64,000 nt of DNA from Octopus vulgaris (lineage: Eukaryota): assembly GCA_951406725.2 (NCBI GenBank), contig OX597817.1, positions 130,324,001 through 130,388,000 of the forward strand. The letters are read 5' to 3'. The translations under genes were made by a program, and so were the position numbers. Under the pieces are notes generated by a model, which saw only the letters and a list, made by a program, of their open reading frames with translations, was not told where the DNA came from and did no database searches. Positions 56,847-64,000 of the stretch are shown here, piece by piece. Position 1 is the stretch's first letter. Each line of letters starts with the position of its first letter.

Positions 56847-58140
56847 CGTCTGTCTGTTTGTTTCTTTGTCTGTCTATGTGTCTATCTGTTTACCTGTCTA
56901 TCCATCTACATATCTTCCTATCTACCTACCTATCTATCTGTCTGTCTTAGAGACGCTCAGAACACAAATAAAAGAAACGATCACAATAGGATTTAAAAGG
57001 CACTGACAACTATTTCACACAATACACAAAACCGTGCACATACCTTTTACCTTTCAGGTTTTACTTCTTTCAGTCACTAGTCTGCGGCTATATTGGGGCA
57101 CCGCCTTGAAGAATTTTTAGTCGAATGAATCGATACCAGTACTTGTTTTCTTCTGTTAAGCCTGGTATTTATCTTATTGGTTTCTTATGCCGAACCGCTA
57201 TGTTATAGGAATGTAAACACACCAACACTGGTTCTCAAGCGGTGGTGGGGGACAAACACACATACAGACACATGTAGACAGACACAGATACACACACACA
57301 CACACACATATTTCGTTTTTGGATTTGGTTTGCAAGATTCTTTATGTGAGTTTGTGTTTTGAAGCATATTTTGTTGTGTCTGGGGAGAGTAATTCTCTTT
57401 TAATATCTTATTATTTAACACACTAAACGGTAGTTTCTACTCATTTACTTATTTATTTTGCGTCTTGCAACCTTTTCAGTAATCGTTGACTCTGTCTGTT
57501 ATCCGAGCTGCGTTCTTTTTGTTTGTGCGCATGTGTGGGTGAGTGTGTGTGCGCATACACATGTATGTATGTATGTATGTATGTATGTATGTATGTATGT
57601 ATGTATGTATGTATGTATGTATGTATGTATGAATGTATGTATGTATTATGTATGTATGTATACATGCATGCATGTGTGTGCGCATACACATATGTATGTA
57701 TGTGTGTACGTTTGTATGTATTCTGCATATTTGTGTTTTTGTGTTTGTGTGTTTTTATGTGTGTGAGTGTGTACCTCTGTCCCCTAGTGTGTGTGGGATG
57801 GGTGGATTTTTGTGACTATGTACTATGTCTGTATGTATGGATGTGTGTCTCCATATGTGTCCTTGTGTAAAGTGAAGTGTGTATGTATAAGGTCATGTGT
57901 TTCAGTCTTCATTTGCGTATGTGTGTGTATGTGTGCTTGTCTGTTCATATTACCTATGTACCTATCCGTCTGTATGTCTATCTGCTTACATTCATATCAA
58001 TTTGCCTACACACATGTTCATATCCATATACATATGCATACACACACACACACTCACACACACATACATCTACATAACAGCCCACTAACTATTCTACCTG
58101 TATATAAATATTAACTGTGGGTATAGGGATATGATTACCT

Positions 58141-59345
58141 ACTACCTATATTTCCTATTTAGTAGTGGGGATGTTTTATTTATGAGGACGTACTCTTGTA
58201 TTTGTCTGAGGGTTGGGTCCTTTGGGAGCTTGGATAAAATGCGGATGTCAAGTTGACCCAGGTTGCTTTCATGTTGGTCCTTGGCATGTTGGTAGAGTAT
58301 GGAGGACTGTTTTTTGTCGTCATATTGTCTCAAATGTACATTTATTCTTTCTGCAATACTCCTAGATGTCTCCCCTATGCATATTAAGTTCATGTCTTTA
58401 CAAGCACCTTCTATGCATCCTATGCTGTAGACTACATTTCTGTTTCAACAGTTAATGCTAGGGCTAATAATACATACCATGCAGTTATCATTGGTGCATA
58501 TGGTATTCTCAAAGGGGTACGTCCCACATAGTTGTGATCTGGTGGTGTTCCCTGGCTTTTCAACTAATGTTCAGTTTGGTATCCTTCAGAGCTTTCCTAA
58601 ATCTACGGGCTAGTTCTCCATGTGTTGTGGCCTCTACAAACATCGCTCCTTGATATTTGTAAGTTTTATACCACGTGTTCACCTTATTTGCTTTGTCACA
58701 AGCTCTTTGTATTCTGTTCCGGTCTTTGCTTCTATATCTAGGGCAGGTACCACTGTAATTATGTGGTGGACCCATCGACAGAAATTGTTTCCTTTTCTGA
58801 GATTTAACAGTTATTTCTTGCGGATAGAGTGACCGTATTATGGCTATCGTAACTATAGGTCAGCCCCGATTGCACAAAACTTTGATCAAGAAAATGTTAT
58901 CTAACTTCTTTCTAGCACCCCTGTATACTCGAACCCTATCTTTCTGATCATATCAAGAAAACTACATGCGATGCATGAAGTTTTGAACATGTTTCTTCGT
59001 TTCATAGGGTTTTACATAGTGGGGACACTATTATTATCCTAAATTGTTCATTATCCTAAATAAGTCTGCAATCAGTATGTTAATTTTCATATTGTGTGAC
59101 AAAACTGAGGTCTTGTGAATAACATATTTCGAAGCTATGGGTTTTATGTAACAGGAGTGGAGGAGCTGCATTCTATTCTTCGCTGTCTCTAACCAAAGTT
59201 CAGTATCAAGGACAGGGCGTCTATATTGTTTGGGTGCCTAGTGGGGTAATCTATAGTTACCTTGATACTTTGGTGGATGGAGTTAGCTACTTGCTGGATG
59301 CTCTCCATTATGTTCCTCTCAGTTTCAACATTACCGTTACTAGAG
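58141..59345 (-). mobile_element. Decayed Penelope-like element (RT C-terminal part, Cys-rich linker, GIY-YIG endonuclease), interrupted near 58765-59030
   Basis: VANSIHQSIKVTIDYPTRHPN; MFVEATTHGELARRFRK; NVVYSIGC...CIGETSRSIAERINVHL...SILYQHAKDQH...DPTLRQIQEYVLINKTSPLLNRK. Confidence 0.88.
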
Positions 59346-59388
59346 TTGGTCTTAATTAGGATATTGCTGTAAAGTAGAAGTATATATA

Positions 59389-59449
<61 letters not shown>

Positions 59450-60029
59450 ATGCATATGTATAAACATATATGTACGTACCTACCACTACATGTACATATA
59501 CACGCATATATGAGTACAGGACAATTAACACAAAGAAAAAAACCCTTCTTCAGTCGCTATGGTTTCATCTAATCTACGTTTCGAAGGTGAAAGCGAGACA
59601 TATCTTCGACAAGACACTTTCCTTCCTGCGGAAAAGCAAATCAATTAAAATTTTGAGATCTTTTCGCAGAGGGGTAAAAAATGGTAACAAAAACAGGACA
59701 GTAACGACAGTACAAATTATAAACAGTAAAAGACAGGACAAGGAAAAACAAGATAAGAAGGGCTGTTAACGCCGAACGAAAAAAAGTATTACGAATGCGG
59801 ATTTTTTTGTGAACGACGAACGGAGCAAAAAGAATTGCCGTCCACACCTCGAGAGGGTTAGGCTAGAAAGACAGTAGCGGAAGTCTCGTCGCGGGTCAAC
59901 GACGGGAGGGGAGAAGAGGAGCAAAAGAAAGGGAGAGAAGAAGGGGAATGGTTGTGAGGAACCATGAAGAATGAGAGAGGGGGAGAGAGAGAGTGAAGAA
60001 TGAGAGAGAGGGAGAGACATATATATATA

Positions 60030-60195
60030 CACGACGGATTCTTTCAGTTTCCGTCTATCAAATCGACTCACAAGGCGTTGATCGGCCCGAGGCTATCGTA
60101 GAAGACACTTGCCCAAGGGGCCACGCAGTGGGATTGAACACAGAACCATGTGGTTGGGAAGCAAACTTCTTACCACGAAGCTACACCTGCGCCTA
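60030..60195 (-). mobile_element. SINE family A, 5' half
   Basis: Matches the other family A copies. Confidence 0.8.
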
Positions 60196-60447
60196 TATAC
60201 AGAATTCAGCTGACGGTCACTACCTTTCACTATATGATAACGAATCGATTTCTCTCAAACTCTTCGCTATTCTTTCTAGTTATAGAGCGTCATTCACTTC
60301 TCATCAGTGCGATATGTACTTCACTAAGGTTGACCCTCATTTACGTGTCTGTGTGTGAGTATGTATAAATGAGTGTGTAAATGTGTGTATGTGATTGTGC
60401 ATGTATGTGTAAGTGTATGTATATATATATATACATATATATATATA

Positions 60448-60518
<71 letters not shown>

Positions 60519-61279
60519 ATGTATGTATGTATGTGTTAGGGGCTGCCACATAGTTTGTGTCTACCTAATTCCACTGACAGAGCACTGGTCAATCCGAGGC
60601 TCTGTGTGAGAAGACAATTAATGAAATTATGTGGTGCACCTGTCGACAGAAATTGCTTCCTTTTCTGAGATTTAACAGTTATTTCTAACGGTTCGAATGA
60701 CCGTGTTATGGCTGTCTCGTAAACTATAGGTCAGCCTCGACTGCACAAAAGAAAATATTGGTGTTAATATGTAGTTTACCGTTGAAAAGTGAAAGTAAAC
60801 TGTCCTTAAGAAATGAAAGTAAACTGCAACAGAAATGGAAGTAACAAGTTCATTCTGTAATATCATGTAAACAACGTATCTGACAAACAATGTAAGTTAC
60901 ATATATTTAATGTAACATGAAGCCCACACATGTATTTAACGTAAAATGAAAGCAATAGCGTTCATGAAAAAACATTAGTCACTGACATATGATGTGAGAT
61001 TCGTGAATAGTTTGTCATGATCTTTAAATCTGTTTCGGCGCACAAGCTCACAACGATATCATGTAAATTAATTAAGCATCGATAGTCCCATATTATCGCC
61101 TATGTTTCTTCGTGGTAAACATCCATCACCCTTCTGTAGTCTGTGTATAGATGCTATCACCGTTTAGATCAACAAAATTGGGTGGGTGGTGGGCAATCAA
61201 TAAAGGAATTGCGGAGTCCCTCACAAGGAAGTCCGCCCACCGGATGTCAAACATTTTATAAAATTTTGGTGTATCATAA

Positions 61280-62499
61280 CGAGGGTGAGCTGAAAAGTTC
61301 ATTGGCTGACTATGAATGAATGACGCCAGAGCTGTGAAATTTTGCAAGCATTAATTTCAACATTTTTACTAATAACCACGCTGTTTCCTTCCAGGTAAAC
61401 TGAAATCTCAATGCTCAAAGAAAACTTCAAAAGTAAACTAGAAGCAACAGCAGATATGCCGTCATTATTATTGCGAAATTAGTTACTAGCTAAGTGTTTT
61501 TCATGTTGGGGAACAGATGATAGTCAAATCAGGAGAATAGCGAGGGTAACCAACAATTTCAGGCACAGTAGCCACTGAAATCAAGGAGTTGTGTGTCGGA
61601 GCATTGTCCACATGAGAGTATTGTCCACGTAACTACCTCAACAAGTTGGCATAGTACTCTTCATTCATAGTGTGACCCTTTTGCATATAGTCAATAAATA
61701 CAATGCCTTTTATATCCCACAATCATGAGGCTGTCATTTTCCCTGTAGATGAAACGACCTTGGATATCCTTGGAGCAAGTGCGGAGGGGGTGTTTCCACT
61801 TCATGGGTTGTCTCTTTGTCTCTAGCTCAAAGTGATGAGCCCTGCACTCATCCTGGGTTAGGAAACATTCAAGGAAACCAATGGGTCTGCCCCAAACAGT
61901 GTCAGATATTCCCGTGGTATGATCAGCCTGGTGCACTTTTAATCAGATGTCAGAAGACGTGGCACCCACTAAACACAAACCTTCATGTCAAGTTCATTGT
62001 GCAGAATATTCTCAACTCTCCCACGAGGAATGCTAGCTGCATTGGCTGCTTGATTTATAGTCAATCACCTGTCATCGATCACCATGTGATGAACACGATC
62101 GCTGTTTTCCTTGGTGGTAGCAGTTGCAGAACATCCAGACGTTGGGTCATCTTCAAAACTTTCTCTTCCCCTCCGAAATTCAGCTGCCCACTTTTACACT
62201 GTTGATAAAGCTGGAACATTATCCCCTAGTGTAGCAACCATGTCAGCATGAATGTCGTTGGAGGCTAAACCGTTTGTCTGCAGGTCCTTGATAACACGAC
62301 GGTCCCAAATTTTGTCTATTTTCAAGAGAAGTCGCTACTAGTTACTCTTGAAGTGTTCTTTGAACAGTCAGATATCAATTTACCCAGAAAGAAACAATGC
62401 AGTTATTAATAAGAAAAGCTGAAATTAATGCAGCCATGATTTCAGGACTCTGGCATCATTCCTTCATAGGCAGCCTATGAACTTTTCAGCCCACTCTCA
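61280..62499 (-). mobile_element. mariner transposon with both TIRs and a pseudogenised transposase
   Basis: TIRs gagggtgagctgaaaagttcattggctg / cagcctatgaacttttcagcccactctc. Peptides KWAAEFRRGRESFEDDP, WVPRLL and FLTQDECRAHHFELETKRQPMKWKHP, with stop codons. Confidence 0.93.
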
Positions 62500-63232
62500 C
62501 ATCGTCACTTCCGATTTCTTTAGCAAATATACTTTCATTTTTACGAACAATTTATTTCGCTTTTCTTTTTTTTTTTACGACTGTAAACTGTATGTTAACG
62601 GTTTAGTCATGACTACCTCTTCCTTAACTGAATCATTGCTCGTTTAACACTGCATTATCGAATGCGTTCCTGCTTTATCATGACGATAAAGAGTAATTTG
62701 AGGGAAATTGTTTGCTATTTTTAATAGGTCAAGTGACTAAGTGACTGCTTCTCCTGGACTCGAAACTATTATCAGTTGAATTTGTAAGTGAAAAGAAATT
62801 ATTTTTTAAATATAAGACAGATAGAGGATCGGGCAAAAGAGAAGGCATCGTTTATCACAAAGCAACATGGCCGACAGTTTTATGTAAACAGTTATTGCAA
62901 TGGCGGCAGTTGATGGATTTAGTTTAACAGAATAGCATTTTCTCACGGACAGTAACTAAGGACGTTTATTATACGACACCACATGCTCTCTCTCCCCCCT
63001 CTCTCCTTCTCACTCTCTCCCTCTCTCCCTCTCTTTGTCTCATTCTATTAATCTTTCTTTTCAAACTTCTTTTTCAAATCTATCTTTCTATTTTTCTTTC
63101 TAACTGTTGATTTCGCTTTGCTCTTTGTTTATGTGTATACTTTATCTACATACACTCAAGTTTCTCTTTACTTCTATGCATATGTGATATGTGTCTACGC
63201 ATGTGTGTGTGTATGTGTTTCTGTATGTATTT

Positions 63233-63282
<50 letters not shown>

Positions 63283-64000
63283 GGTTTATATTATTGAACA
63301 AAAGAAATAACGTTGGTATATTCTCAACTACTTATGTTAGAAGTAATACTTCATTCCCTCTCCTCTAGTTCAATTCATCAGTGTCTCTTTCTATTTTCGT
63401 TTTAGTTCAACCTCCCTCGCATCATCGTTTCCTCCTTCCTTCGTATTTCTTTCGTTTTCTTCTCTTACTCCATATATACACACACAGGGAGAGATACATA
63501 CTTACACACGTACATATATATATGCATGTGTGTATGTATATATACATGCGTATATACATATATATACACGTAACAATACTGAGGTCAGTAAATTAATTTA
63601 GTATCTAAAGGATCATAATAAACAATTTGATTTGGAATGGAATATTCTATCTATGTCTTTTCCGTATGATAAAGTTAAATCTTTTTATCCGCTTTTTAAC
63701 AGTGAAATGCATTTCATCTTTTTCTCAGAGAATCCTCTTGTAAATACGCTTATAGAACGCGTTTATCGTTGCAAACATTGGCAAAAACATACCTTTAGTT
63801 CCTATACATGATTTCTACCATTCTATAAAATTCGACCTTTTACTGTCTCCTTACATTTCACTTCCACTAAATATATCTACTTCCATAACTTTAAGCTTTA
63901 TTCCTATTCACATATCGCTCTATTAGTTTTCCACTAATTTCTTTCTTTCTTTCTTTCTCCTTCTCTTTCTATGAACTACCTTTGACGTTATATCTACTAT

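Overview
AT-rich, microsatellite-saturated animal genomic DNA. The SINE families strongly resemble those of Octopus (coleoid cephalopod); this is recognised from memory, not from a search. I find no convincing host-gene exon, and nearly all ORFs in the track are translations of (TA)n/(GT)n/(GATA)n repeats. The window is a mosaic of decayed mobile DNA: three tRNA-derived SINE families, Tc1 and mariner transposons, hAT and Helitron remnants, LINE fragments (Tx1/L1, CR1, RTE, RLE-type) and four Penelope-like (PLE) GIY-YIG fragments. The most interesting signal is non-coding: about 11 type I hammerhead ribozyme (HHR) motifs with palindromic mini-stem III, mostly in short repeats abutting (TA)n. 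The best case is 46956-47818, a head-to-tail dimer of a structured 356-nt unit plus an inverted junction-spanning piece. Each unit carries an HHR whose core is UUGAUAA (compensatory U3-A8 instead of C3-G8), the architecture of a retrozyme (circular-RNA retroelement). A second ~281-nt retrozyme-like unit lies at 3588-4415. One repeat copy (8183-8307) shows a one-directional A>G cluster suggestive of ADAR editing fixed by retrotransposition.
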